Shown one piece after another: positions 30,399 to 40,951 of a stretch of 64,000 nucleotides of DNA. The stretch covers positions 64,001 through 128,000 of the forward strand of contig JBHLOC010000001.1 in NCBI GenBank assembly GCA_048940925.1, in the 5' to 3' direction. The notes below the pieces were generated by a model. It saw nothing but the letters and a program-made list of their open reading frames with translations, had not been told where the DNA came from and searched no databases. Both the position numbers and the translations under genes were made by a program. The first letter of the stretch is position 1. Every line of letters starts with the position of its first letter. Source of the DNA: Promethearchaeota archaeon (GTDB lineage Archaea > Asgardarchaeota > Lokiarchaeia > Sigyniarchaeales > SOKP01).

Positions 30399-30692
30399 TT
30401 GAAGGCTATACAAATGAGTGAAACAATAGTTCTGCATTATAATGAGTTTATTCAATCGAGGAAATTAAAATTAGTTGATATACTAATGAGTGAAATTATA
30501 TTTTTAAAATCAAATTTTAAGAAAGCTAAAACCAAGGATGATTTAGATCATCTTGAATATGCATTAGAAAAATTAGAAGAAATTTTGAATAAATTAAAGC
30601 ATTATGGCTCTAATATGAAAGAAAAAGAGTTTGATGAGATCTTAATGGTCATATATCGTCTCTTTAAAGATATTAGCATGAATTTAGATTAA
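30399..30692 (+). CDS. Hypothetical helical protein
   Basis: 97-aa ORF (start may be ATG 30414). Confidence 0.55.
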   Translation: MKAIQMSETIVLHYNEFIQSRKLKLVDILMSEIIFLKSNFKKAKTKDDLDHLEYALEKLEEILNKLKHYGSNMKEKEFDEILMVIYRLFKDISMNLD

Positions 30693-30715
30693 ATAATTTT
30701 AAGTAGGAGAATAAT

Positions 30716-31141
30716 ATGATGTGTTCTATTTTCTCATTGGGAAAAACGGTTCAGGATATCACAAGAGAGATATTAAATATATTGGATCAATATGACTTTC
30801 CAGATTTTCCTTTTGTTATTAAAGGATATGAAAATCTACTGCTTTCTGAAGTGAATCACTTAAAATCAGACATTCTTTCTTTGAAAAATCTGATTGAATT
30901 ATGGTATGGAAACAGAATAATGGAAAAATGGGAGATGAAAGATACTAAACAATCTCTACAAATTTTACATAATTTAAACTCCGTTAAATTGGAAGATATA
31001 AGTCTTTGTAGCATATTAGAAGAAAAAATAATAGATTCAAAAGATTATGAAAGAATGATGATTTCTTATATCCTTAAATTAAACAAAATAAAAACCAGTT
31101 TGTCAAATTGGATGTGGTACTTGTTTATCCATGATTCTTAG
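30716..31141 (+). CDS. Hypothetical protein
   Basis: 141-aa ORF with AGGAG SD, co-oriented with the preceding ORF. Confidence 0.6.
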   Translation: MMCSIFSLGKTVQDITREILNILDQYDFPDFPFVIKGYENLLLSEVNHLKSDILSLKNLIELWYGNRIMEKWEMKDTKQSLQILHNLNSVKLEDISLCSILEEKIIDSKDYERMMISYILKLNKIKTSLSNWMWYLFIHDS

Positions 31142-31699
31142 TGTTGTTAAAATATTTATTACCGATAGAGAAACAGTTTTATTTCTACTTTATATTAGAA
31201 AATTTAGAATTCAATCATTAACCCATACTCTTAAATAATTGAGTCATTAACTGACATACTAATGCTAATTGAGTAATATATTCTTCCCGTAATAATCTTA
31301 TACTATTGTTTTTAATCTTATAGAGAATATTCTCTAAAATCTGCATGGTTTTTAATAAATTTTGAAGTTATTGCTGTGATCTTGGTCGATCGTGTTCTTA
31401 GATAGGATGTTGATCCATATCAACAACATTTTTACAGTCTTGAATTAATGTCATCGATACTACTAAGTTCCATTTTATGTTCCGATAAAAATCCTATTAC
31501 TAGTTAACAAAAATGTAGGGTGTAGATATTTAAATAAAAAATGAGTGCTGATTTTTCTTTTTAATATTAATAGATGATTGTGATAACCTCTCAAAACAGA
31601 AACCACAATTTTCTTACATTTACTACTTAATAAACGCAATAAAAAAATAATCAATAAAAAAAAGGGGTAAATAAAAAAACTTTAATATTATTTGCTGAA

Positions 31700-32845
31700 C
31701 TAAAAGCAGCGGTGAATTACTTGAGGGCCCATCTCTTTATACTCTCTTCTCGTGACCCACATCCTATGAAAGGTTTTAAGTGAACTTAAAATAGAACCAC
31801 CAATCCAGACAGAATACATACGTTCAGGAGGGGCAATAATTTTCACGTCAACACTCTCAGGAATTTGCTCTTTTATCTCTTTAGTAAGTCGTTCTTTTAT
31901 ACCAGGAAACATAGTGCTTCCGCCTGATAGAACGATGTTGCTATAAAGATCTCTGCGGAGATCTACATCACACTCGGAAATAGAACCAACAATTACATCG
32001 TCTAGTGGTTCAAGCTCTTTACCGATTACTGATGGATTGAAAAAGCATTCAGGCGCTAAAAATCTTTCTACACCGACATTTATGGTCTCTCCATCAGGTA
32101 GCATGTAACTTTTTTCCATTCCAGCAACTTTCTTACTCAACATCATCTCTTTCTCTGGATCAATAGCAACATAGCAAAGTTTTTCCTTTATATCTCTCAC
32201 AATTTGCTTTTCAGCTGATGTTGTAAAAGAATATCCTTTTTGTCTGAGTAATCGTTGTAAATAAGTTGTTATGTCTCTACCCGCAAGATCAATTCTCTGG
32301 ATAGCATGACTTAAGGCGAATCCTTCGAAGATTGGCACAACGTGGGATACTCCATCACCAATATCTATAACACATCCGGTAGTACGACCAGAAGCATAGA
32401 GAGATAAAACTGCCTGCATTGCAACATAAAGTGCAGGAGTGTTAAAAGTTTCAAACATAATTTCGGCCATTTTTTCACGGTTGGGACGCGGATTTAATGG
32501 TGCTTCTGTTAAAAGTACAGGATGTTCACTTGGATCGATTCTTAGATCCGTGTAGAATGTATAGTGCCAGATTTTCTCCATGGCAGTCCAATCTTCTATA
32601 ATACCGTGCTCAACTGGGAACATGAGTTTTAGAACACCTTTAAGCTGCATAGCTTCTTCCCCAATATAATATTCCCGCGTATAATGTTCAACATCTGTCA
32701 TAATAGATTCATATTTAGGATAACCAATAAGAGTAGGAAAGACTGAACGAGGTTGATCTTCTCCGGCAAAACCATTTTTTGAAATACCAGTACCATTGTC
32801 TACGACTAATGCTTTTGCATTCAGAAAGCTTTCTTCTTCTGCCAT
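31700..32845 (-). CDS. Eukaryote-like actin (Lokiactin type)
   Basis: [56 protein letters not shown]-terminal IHRCF. Confidence 0.97.
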   Translation of the reverse strand: MAEEESFLNAKALVVDNGTGISKNGFAGEDQPRSVFPTLIGYPKYESIMTDVEHYTREYYIGEEAMQLKGVLKLMFPVEHGIIEDWTAMEKIWHYTFYTDLRIDPSEHPVLLTEAPLNPRPNREKMAEIMFETFNTPALYVAMQAVLSLYASGRTTGCVIDIGDGVSHVVPIFEGFALSHAIQRIDLAGRDITTYLQRLLRQKGYSFTTSAEKQIVRDIKEKLCYVAIDPEKEMMLSKKVAGMEKSYMLPDGETINVGVERFLAPECFFNPSVIGKELEPLDDVIVGSISECDVDLRRDLYSNIVLSGGSTMFPGIKERLTKEIKEQIPESVDVKIIAPPERMYSVWIGGSILSSLKTFHRMWVTRREYKEMGPQVIHRCF

Positions 32846-33374
32846 ATTTTATTATCAGCCTATATTTTTAATTTTGATTTATTTGGATTTTATTTTTAGA
32901 TGTATATTTTATATTACATGTGGTAATTTTAATTTTTATGTTTTATCAAAAAATTGTATTTTTAAAGAACAATTAATGTGTAAAATACAAAATTTAATAA
33001 TCTAATAAATTATGTATTTATAAATTTTTTTAAACCTTAAAGAAAATATATTGTTTAAAGAAGCGATGTATAAACGAAATTAAAATTTATAGTTATTTCA
33101 GATTTGCAAATAAGTCTATAATAGATATAATTTAATTCCATTTAATAAAGGTTTTATAACAAATTGTTATCAAAAATTTAGAATTTGCAAAAGATTGTTA
33201 TAAAAAAAGGTAAATCTAAGAACTAAAACTGAAGGAATAAAGTTGTTGGAGATATTTAATTAAATTGAATTATTTTTTATTATTAGGCTGTTATATTAGT
33301 ATACAGTTTAATTTTAATGGATTTAATATTAAATATTTCTCAATTTAGTTTGATTTAACTTTCATTCTTCTCAA

Positions 33375-34817
33375 ATGCTTTCTAATCCCGATTATATAAA
33401 AGAAAATTTAGAACAAATTGGATTAAAAGAGAGTTTAGCTCTTTTAAAAGAGCTTATTAATAGCTCAAATGATCCTAAGATAAGAAAAAAGTCAATAAAA
33501 CTTTTTGGTATAATTGATAATTGTAAAAATTTTAAATTTTTAGAACAGCTATTCCTCTCCGATGAAGATCTCCATATTAAAATGATTGCAGGAAATATTT
33601 TAAGGGATAAGTATTCAGATAAGAAAAAGCTTATAACTCTCTTAGAATATACATTAAAAAAAATAATTAATGTTGAACAGAAAATTTATGCAATATATTC
33701 TTTAAAGTCAATTGATAATTATAAAACTCGAAATATTTTAATCGAATACCTGAAGGATTTTATAAAAAATAAGTTTAAGGATAAGATTAACCAGTTTCCT
33801 GAAGAGATCTTTAGATTTAATTGTAATAATACTATTCCTGACAATTTTATTGAGGTGTGTATTAATTTAGTATTAAGTGATTATTATAAAAACAAATGTG
33901 GATTTCTTGTTACCATAAGGAAAGGAAAGATAATATCATTAAATTGTGAGAGTTCGAATATTAAGAATTTACTAGAAATTAAGGGATTAGTATATCTATG
34001 GCATTTAGAACATCTTATATTGCAAAGAAATAATATAAGAAGTTGTCACAATTTACATCTTTTAAACAACTTAAAAACTTTAGATTTGTCTTATAATAAA
34101 ATAGAAAAGATAGAAAATCTAAATAATCTAAACGATTTAGAAGTTTTAGATTTATCAAATAACAAAATTAAGATAATAGTAAACTTAGAATCTTTAAAAG
34201 AGTTAAAAAAACTATCTTTAAATAATAATTTAATTAAAGAAATTGATAATTTGAATTCTTTAGTCTCTCTTGAAGATTTAAACCTAAGTCATAATATGAT
34301 AAAAGATATAAGAAATTTAGAGCATTTAGCGAAGTTAAAAAGGCTAAATCTTTCATTTAACCATATAGAAAAGATTATGGGGCTTAGTAAATTAAATAAT
34401 TTATTATGGTTATATCTTAATGATAATAGAATTTCTCAAATTGAAGTATTAATGAGCGCTGATAAATTAAAGGGATTATATCTTTCAAATAATAGCATAA
34501 AAAAAATTGAATTTCTTGACAATTTAATAAATTTAAAGAAATTAGACCTCTCTAATAATGAGATTAAAAAAATAGAAGGATTAGATCATTTGGCTGAATT
34601 ACAAGAACTCTATTTAGATGGTAATAATATAAAAGAACTGGAAGGTTTTGATGGTTTAAAAAATTTAATCATTTTTCATATTGGGAGAAATAATTTATCA
34701 AAATTTAGAAATGAAAGTATAAAAAATTTAACCAATTTGAATTTTCTATTTCTGAATGAAAATCCTTTAGATATGGAGAGTTGGGATCAATATAAAAAGA
34801 GGTTTAGATTCCCTTAA
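33375..34817 (+). CDS. Leucine-rich repeat protein (SDS22-like ~22-aa repeats) with a HEAT-like N-terminus
   Basis: About 12 LxxLxLxxNxIxxI repeats in the C-terminal half. Confidence 0.92.
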   Translation: MLSNPDYIKENLEQIGLKESLALLKELINSSNDPKIRKKSIKLFGIIDNCKNFKFLEQLFLSDEDLHIKMIAGNILRDKYSDKKKLITLLEYTLKKIINVEQKIYAIYSLKSIDNYKTRNILIEYLKDFIKNKFKDKINQFPEEIFRFNCNNTIPDNFIEVCINLVLSDYYKNKCGFLVTIRKGKIISLNCESSNIKNLLEIKGLVYLWHLEHLILQRNNIRSCHNLHLLNNLKTLDLSYNKIEKIENLNNLNDLEVLDLSNNKIKIIVNLESLKELKKLSLNNNLIKEIDNLNSLVSLEDLNLSHNMIKDIRNLEHLAKLKRLNLSFNHIEKIMGLSKLNNLLWLYLNDNRISQIEVLMSADKLKGLYLSNNSIKKIEFLDNLINLKKLDLSNNEIKKIEGLDHLAELQELYLDGNNIKELEGFDGLKNLIIFHIGRNNLSKFRNESIKNLTNLNFLFLNENPLDMESWDQYKKRFRFP

Positions 34818-34829
34818 GTATCTGGAATA

Positions 34830-35402
34830 TCATAACTCTATTTTTTGATTCAAAAAGTCATCAATCCAGAGTTCCATTAGAATTTCATCAAAAAAGGTAG
34901 AGTTCATATAAAATTGGTTTACTCGTGTCCCAACGATTTTAAAGCCTAACTTTTTATATAGATATATTGCTCTCTCATTAGTTGAAAGACAACTTAATAT
35001 GATTTTTTCCTTGTTATTTAATTTTTTAGATTCTTTAATTGCTAAGGAAATTAATTCTCGACCAATGCCAAAATCTCGATATTTTTTTTTTACAATAATA
35101 CCTAAGACACCTACATGATTAGCAGCATCCCACTCGGAATTTGAAATTTCACATTGTCCAACTATATTAAACGGAGGTTTTAAGTTAGAATTTTCCGCTA
35201 TAATGCAAATTTCATTATTTTTTTTAATATTATGAAACCATGAATCCTTTTCAATTTGAGTTCTAACAGGAAATAGAACTGGTAGATATAAACCCTCATC
35301 TATTACTTCATTAAAATTGTTCCAAATCCCCTCTACATCTGATTTTTTTAAATGTCTTATGATTATTTCTTCCCCTGTTCTAAGGGTTAAAACCTTCCTC
35401 AT
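34830..35402 (-). CDS. GNAT family N-acetyltransferase
   Basis: YRDFGIG, NERAIYLYKKLGF. Confidence 0.9.
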   Translation of the reverse strand: MRKVLTLRTGEEIIIRHLKKSDVEGIWNNFNEVIDEGLYLPVLFPVRTQIEKDSWFHNIKKNNEICIIAENSNLKPPFNIVGQCEISNSEWDAANHVGVLGIIVKKKYRDFGIGRELISLAIKESKKLNNKEKIILSCLSTNERAIYLYKKLGFKIVGTRVNQFYMNSTFFDEILMELWIDDFLNQKIEL

Positions 35403-35429
35403 TATTTAAATATAAATTTTTATAATTAT

Positions 35430-35876
35430 ATGCCTTATGGTAATATTATGAAAAATAAAAATGATCAGTTGGTAGACAAAGAAGATGAGGAAAAAGAAGA
35501 AGTACGAAAACAACCAGTTGCAAAAGATCTAGTGCAACTTAAACATGTAGAAGTGAAAAAACAAGAATTAAGTCCAGAGACAAGAGATCTTGCACAGACT
35601 TTAAAGGAACGATTTATAGAACATGATCAATTTGAAAGACTCTCTAATGATGAGCTTACGATCCTTGAATCTTTCATGGACAAAAGATTATTTTTAGAAA
35701 GAATTGCAATTATAGCCAACCAGTCAAGAATACCCTTAGGAATCCCTGGTTTTAAAAAAGCAGAATTAGAAGATATTATTGAAGGTTTAATCTCAAAAGG
35801 ATATCTAGAATCACAAATGGTGGGTGAAAAACCAGTTTATTTTTTAACTGAACGAGGAAAGTATCGCATTCAGTAA
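35430..35876 (+). CDS. Hypothetical protein with a C-terminal winged-helix
   Basis: LISKGYL...YFLTERGK wing motif. Confidence 0.65.
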   Translation: MPYGNIMKNKNDQLVDKEDEEKEEVRKQPVAKDLVQLKHVEVKKQELSPETRDLAQTLKERFIEHDQFERLSNDELTILESFMDKRLFLERIAIIANQSRIPLGIPGFKKAELEDIIEGLISKGYLESQMVGEKPVYFLTERGKYRIQ

Positions 35877-35935
35877 TATTATGAATATATTTTTCTTTTT
35901 CACTTTAAATAGTTATGAGATATAATTTCTTTTGA

Positions 35936-36238
35936 TTAATCTTTTTTTAATATTAACTTATTTATAGGAATATCCTGGTATTCTCCACTAGGATTTTCCC
36001 TTCTAATAGTTAAAGGTAAGATTTTTGATTTTAATTCTAATTGAGCAATTTTAATTGGATCTATCATATCCACTGGTTTCTCCACTAGAATAGGTGCCCC
36101 AAATGATATTTGTAAAGCCCTAGCTCCTACAATCCTCGCTTTTTCATATCTAGTTAAAAATATGGGTCCAATCTTAACGAATTCTCTTACTTTTTTATAG
36201 AGTTTACGCAATTCTCGAGATTCTAAAAAACTAGACAT
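35936..36238 (-). CDS. rpo6: DNA-directed RNA polymerase subunit Rpo6 (K)
   Basis: LTRYEKARIVGARALQISFGAP signature; start taken at ATG 36238 (track extends to 36253). Confidence 0.95.
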   Translation of the reverse strand: MSSFLESRELRKLYKKVREFVKIGPIFLTRYEKARIVGARALQISFGAPILVEKPVDMIDPIKIAQLELKSKILPLTIRRENPSGEYQDIPINKLILKKD

Positions 36239-36433
36239 GGTTGACTTAACCATAAAATAAGTAATTAGTGGATAAAATGTAAAATATCATATAACTTTTT
36301 CGATTTTTAAAGGCTATGAGGTACATACGTGAGGAGGGAACATACCAAACTAAAATAAATTTTTGGAATTCTAAATTCTCAAGCTTAGGTATTTTGAAAT
36401 TTTCTATTCTTACATTTTTAACAGAATTGAAAA

Positions 36434-36537
36434 TGCGCAAGGGGGGATTCGAACCCCCGACCCTCGTTATCTGTGAATCATTTTACACAGAAATACACGG
36501 TGTGAGCGTGTCGTTATAGCCACTAAACCACTCGCGC
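36434..36537 (-). tRNA. tRNA-Val(CAC) with a 31-nt intron in the variable region (about position 44/45)
   Basis: Acceptor GCGCGAG/CTTGCGC plus A73; anticodon arm ACACG-CTCACAC-CGTGT; T arm GGGGG-TTCGAAT-CCCCC; removing 36463-36493 gives a 73-nt tRNA. Confidence 0.88.
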
Positions 36538-36737
36538 TTACTGATATTAACATTAATGACTAATATGAAATAAATTTTACTTTGGAAAATTAATAAAAAT
36601 TCTTTATTAAATTATTAGTAAATTAATTTAAGAATCTAAGAATTTTTTAAAGATCCAATAAAGTCTGTTGCTTTAAATAGATTTCTCAAATTATTTTATA
36701 ATGAACCGAAATAGAATGAGAGATGTTGGTGATTTAA

Positions 36738-39038
36738 GTCTCATTAGAAAATGATTTTATTACACATCCATTAGTAAAGAATAATATAATCTCGCGACGA
36801 AAATATCAAGAAAATATTTTTATAAATTGCCTTGATAAAAATTGTTTAGTTGTTATCCCTACAGGTTTAGGGAAAACTATTATTGCTTTAATGGTAACAG
36901 TTCAAAGAATAACTGATATACCGGATTCTAAAATCATTTTTTTAGCCCCAACAAAACCTTTAGTAGAGCAACATTATAACTCTTTCTTAAGTTTAACTAA
37001 GATTAATCCGGATGAATTAGTATCAGTAACAGGCACTATATCTCCAGTGAAACGAAAATTATTATGGAAAAAGCTCCGAGTGGCTTTTATGACACCCCAA
37101 GTATTACAAAATGATATTATATCTGAAAATTATTCCATAAAAGACACCTCTTTAATCATTTTTGATGAGTGCCATAGAGCTGTTGGTGATTATGCTTATT
37201 GTTTTATTGCCAAAAAATATATTGAAAGTGCAAAAGCACCTCAAATATTAGGTTTAACAGCAAGTCCAGGTTCTACTCAGGAAAAAATTAATGAAATAAA
37301 AGAAAATCTATTTATTAACCATGTAGAAATAAGAACTGAAAATGATGTTGATGTTAAACCTTATATCCAAAATGTAGACAATCACTGGATAAAGGTTAAG
37401 CTACCTATAGAATTTATTGAAATTAAAAAAATTTTAGAAGAAAAACTAAAAACTATTTATAAATGGTTAAAAGAGAAGGAATTACTTAATTCTTATGATA
37501 TTAACAAAGTAACAAGGAAAGATCTTTTACAGCTTAATACAGTCATTAATAGAAAGATTTCATACCTAAGGGATGACAATGAGAAGTTTGAGATGTTTTA
37601 CGCTAAGAAACTACAAGCTAATGCTATCCGAATCTCACATATGCTTGAACTTCTTGAAACTCAGGGAATTAATGCCCTAAAGGATTATATTGTGAAAAAT
37701 GAAGAAAAAGTAAAAAAAAATTTGGCTAATAAATCTTTAAAAGAATTATTTATAGATAAAGATATCAAACGTGTCATAGAACTCACATATCAATTCCAAT
37801 TAAATGGAATAATTCATCCAAAACTTGAGAAATTAAAAAAAATTCTAAAAACTCAACTTAAAGAAAACCTTAACTCAAAAATTTTAGTTTTCTGTCATTT
37901 TAGAGATTCAGTGAAGAATATTGTAAGATTTTTTGAGGATGATGAGGTAATAAAAGCTCATAAATTTGTAGGGCAAGCAAAAAAAGGTTCTGATAAAGGT
38001 TTAACTCAGAAGGAGCAAATTAAGCTCCTAGAAGAATTTAAAAAAGGGAGATATAATACCCTTATAGGAACAAGTGTTGCTGAGGAAGGATTGGATATCG
38101 CAGAATGTGATTTAGTTGTTTTTTATGATGTAGTTCCAAGTGCAATACGAGCAATTCAACGCCGAGGTCGTACTGGTCGTAAAAGAGAGGGAAAAGTGTA
38201 TGTCTTAATGGCAGAAGATACAAGGGATGAGGGATATTACTGGGCAGAAAAGGTTAAAGAAAGAAATATGAGAGATAGTTTAGGAAAATTAAAGCAATTG
38301 GAACCATCAGATAAATCAGGACAATCAAACATTTTGGATTTTGTTGAAAAAGAACGTGACATAATGTTAAATCTAAAAATTGATGATGCTCATAAGTACA
38401 AAATAATATGTGATAATCGAGAGACAGCATCGTCGGTAGTTAGAACTCTTTCATTAATGGGCGTTAATTTAACATTAGAGCAATTAACTGTTGGAGATTA
38501 TGTGATTTCAAAAAGAGTAGCTATAGAGAGAAAGACAGCTCAAGATTTTAACGATTCAATAAAAGATGGGAGATTATTCAATGAGTTATTGGCCCTTAAT
38601 GATCATTTTGAAAGATCTATTTTAATTTTAGAAGGTGATCCCTTTAATGAATCTACAATTAACGAAAATGCATTATATGGAGCAATTACTACAATTATTC
38701 TAAATTTGGGCATAAATGTATATAAAACAAAGAATTCTGAAGAAACTGCTCTTTTTTTATATCAACTTGCTAAAAAAGAACAGTCAGAATCTAAAAAAAA
38801 GATTTCCATTCGGTTTGATAAAGCACCTATTGAAACTTCCCGCCTTTTGGAATATATTGTCGCTGGAATTCCGAGTGTGAATAATCTTCGAGCTAAAAAT
38901 TTATTGAATGAATTTAAAACTTTACAAAAATTATTTTTAGCTGATATTCCAGATTTAATTAAAATTGAGAAAATTGGCAAAAAAATAGCTCAAGAGATTT
39001 ATAAAATTAGTAGATATGAATATAAACCCAATCAATAA
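36738..39038 (+). CDS. hef: Hef (FANCM-like SF2 helicase plus XPF/ERCC4 nuclease); reading frame extends upstream of the track start 36891
   Basis: Upstream in-frame RKYQ and PTGLGKT; DECH, TAS, EEGLDI, QRRGRTGR; GDY..ERK nuclease motif; HhH. Confidence 0.92.
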   Translation, partial: VSLENDFITHPLVKNNIISRRKYQENIFINCLDKNCLVVIPTGLGKTIIALMVTVQRITDIPDSKIIFLAPTKPLVEQHYNSFLSLTKINPDELVSVTGTISPVKRKLLWKKLRVAFMTPQVLQNDIISENYSIKDTSLIIFDECHRAVGDYAYCFIAKKYIESAKAPQILGLTASPGSTQEKINEIKENLFINHVEIRTENDVDVKPYIQNVDNHWIKVKLPIEFIEIKKILEEKLKTIYKWLKEKELLNSYDINKVTRKDLLQLNTVINRKISYLRDDNEKFEMFYAKKLQANAIRISHMLELLETQGINALKDYIVKNEEKVKKNLANKSLKELFIDKDIKRVIELTYQFQLNGIIHPKLEKLKKILKTQLKENLNSKILVFCHFRDSVKNIVRFFEDDEVIKAHKFVGQAKKGSDKGLTQKEQIKLLEEFKKGRYNTLIGTSVAEEGLDIAECDLVVFYDVVPSAIRAIQRRGRTGRKREGKVYVLMAEDTRDEGYYWAEKVKERNMRDSLGKLKQLEPSDKSGQSNILDFVEKERDIMLNLKIDDAHKYKIICDNRETASSVVRTLSLMGVNLTLEQLTVGDYVISKRVAIERKTAQDFNDSIKDGRLFNELLALNDHFERSILILEGDPFNESTINENALYGAITTIILNLGINVYKTKNSEETALFLYQLAKKEQSESKKKISIRFDKAPIETSRLLEYIVAGIPSVNNLRAKNLLNEFKTLQKLFLADIPDLIKIEKIGKKIAQEIYKISRYEYKPNQ

Positions 39039-39123
39039 AAAAGATTTTTAACCATTTCAATAATTAATAATATTATTGAATTTATTGAGATATAATTTTC
39101 TTATATAATTTTAAAACAGTGTT

Positions 39124-39705
39124 ATGATAAAATTTAAAGTTGTTGTTGCTGGGGCTAAAAATGTAGGTAAAACAAGTTTAATTCGTCGCTATGCAACAGG
39201 TAAATTTGAAATTTCTACATTATCAACTATAGGCGTTGATTTTGAAACGAAAAAAGTAATGGTTGATAATACAGAAATGCTTCTAAATATTTGGGATTTT
39301 GCTGGTGAGAAAAAATTCAGACTTTTATTCCCATCGTATGTAGCTGGTGCTTCTGGTGCTTTAATGTTATACGATGTGTCTAATAGAGAATCTTTAAATG
39401 ATCTTTATGATTGGATAAACGTTATCTCATCTGTTCCAAATGCTCCTAAAACAAAGATCTTGATTGAAGCTAAGATTGATTTAAAGAGAAAAATACAAAG
39501 AAAAGAAGCTTTAGAAATATTTAAAAAATTTAAATTTCAAGGAGAGATAATTGGAACATCCGCAAAAACCGGTGAAAATGTTGAAAAAGCTTTTGAAATG
39601 TTGGGAAGAGAAATTCTTAAGAATTCATTAAAAAAATGCCCAAATTGTGGAAAATTATATCCATTGGAATTAAAATTTTGTCAGTACTGTGGATCAAAAA
39701 ACTGA
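39124..39705 (+). CDS. Rab-like small GTPase with a C-terminal zinc ribbon
   Basis: GAKNVGKT, TIGVDF, WDFAGE, AKID, SAKTGENV; CPNCG...FCQYCG. Confidence 0.92.
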   Translation: MIKFKVVVAGAKNVGKTSLIRRYATGKFEISTLSTIGVDFETKKVMVDNTEMLLNIWDFAGEKKFRLLFPSYVAGASGALMLYDVSNRESLNDLYDWINVISSVPNAPKTKILIEAKIDLKRKIQRKEALEIFKKFKFQGEIIGTSAKTGENVEKAFEMLGREILKNSLKKCPNCGKLYPLELKFCQYCGSKN

Positions 39706-39868
39706 TTAACAATTTTAATAGGCTAGTCAAAACTATATTTTTTTTCCCTATCACATAATAATTTGATTAATTCTTCTGTTTGAAATTTCTAAAAAAGAGT
39801 CAATCTTAAAGAAAACTTTATTTAAAAAAGTAAATAAGAAGATATATACTGACACACAACTATGAGTT

Positions 39869-40951
39869 TTGAAAATGTTCTACGATATACATAAAGATAT
39901 TGAAGAGATTGAATCCCGATTAAAACAGGATAATATTTCTTTTGATGGGAAAACAATTTTAGTTACGGGAGGTGCAGGTTTTCTTGGTTCTTGGATTTGT
40001 GATGTTTTAGTTAAGCAAAAAGCATACTGTATATGTTTAGATAATTTAACTTCGGGACAACCTGAAAATATCTTACATCTTATGGAAAAAGACAATTTTC
40101 ACTTTATTAATCATGATATTTCATACCCTATATACTTTGGTTTTTCTTATCATCCCCTTGGAATATGTATTGGTGATATTAAAAAAATAGATATCGTTAT
40201 GCACATGGCAAGTAGAGCTTCTCCGTTTGAGTTTACAAAAGAACCAATTTCGATTCTTAGAAGTAATACATTAGGAACATTGAATTCTTTAGGGATTGCA
40301 AAATTCCATAACGCTATCTTTTTCTATACAAGTACATCAGAAGTCTATGGAAATCCGCCAAAAGAAGCAATTCCCACTCCAGAAACTTATTTTGGACATG
40401 TTAATCCAGTTGGTCCAAGAAGTTGTTATGATGAATCTAAAAGGGCTGGAGAAGCATTCATTAAAGCCTACGAACTTCAACACCTTTTAAGAACAAAAAT
40501 AGTAAGGATTTTTAATACTTCTGGACCTAGAATACGACATGGGTCTGAATTTGGCAGGGTGATTCCTAATTTTATTTATCAAGCTATAAATGATGAGGAT
40601 ATTACTATATTTGGAGATGGATCACAAACAAGATCTTTTATTTATGTGGTTGATGAGATTGAGGGGATATTAAAAATGGTCTATAATGACAAAGCAATTG
40701 GCGAGGTAATTAATTTAGGGAATAATAAGGAATATACCATATTGCAATTAGCTGAAATTATAAAAGAATTAACAAATTCAAATTCAAAAATAGTATTTAA
40801 AGCTTTACCTGTTGATGATCCAGTGCGTCGATGCCCAGTTATAAATAAGGCAAAAGAACTATTAAATTGGGAGCCAAAAACACCACTAGAGGAAGGATTA
40901 AAAAAAACAATCGCATGGTTCAAGGATAATGGAGAAAATAACGAAAGATAA
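39869..40951 (+). CDS. UDP-glucuronate decarboxylase-like extended SDR
   Basis: TGGAGFLG, STSEVYG, GPRSCYDESKR, GDGSQTRSF, DDPVRRCP. Confidence 0.9.
   Translation: MKMFYDIHKDIEEIESRLKQDNISFDGKTILVTGGAGFLGSWICDVLVKQKAYCICLDNLTSGQPENILHLMEKDNFHFINHDISYPIYFGFSYHPLGICIGDIKKIDIVMHMASRASPFEFTKEPISILRSNTLGTLNSLGIAKFHNAIFFYTSTSEVYGNPPKEAIPTPETYFGHVNPVGPRSCYDESKRAGEAFIKAYELQHLLRTKIVRIFNTSGPRIRHGSEFGRVIPNFIYQAINDEDITIFGDGSQTRSFIYVVDEIEGILKMVYNDKAIGEVINLGNNKEYTILQLAEIIKELTNSNSKIVFKALPVDDPVRRCPVINKAKELLNWEPKTPLEEGLKKTIAWFKDNGENNER

Noticed and set aside
34000-34770. Periodic nucleotide similarity at ~66-nt spacing
   Set aside because: Fully explained by the 22-aa LRR coding repeats
36246-36519. ORFs 36246-36440 (-) and 36316-36519 (+)
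   Set aside because: They overlap the tRNA or its flank and have no protein-like features
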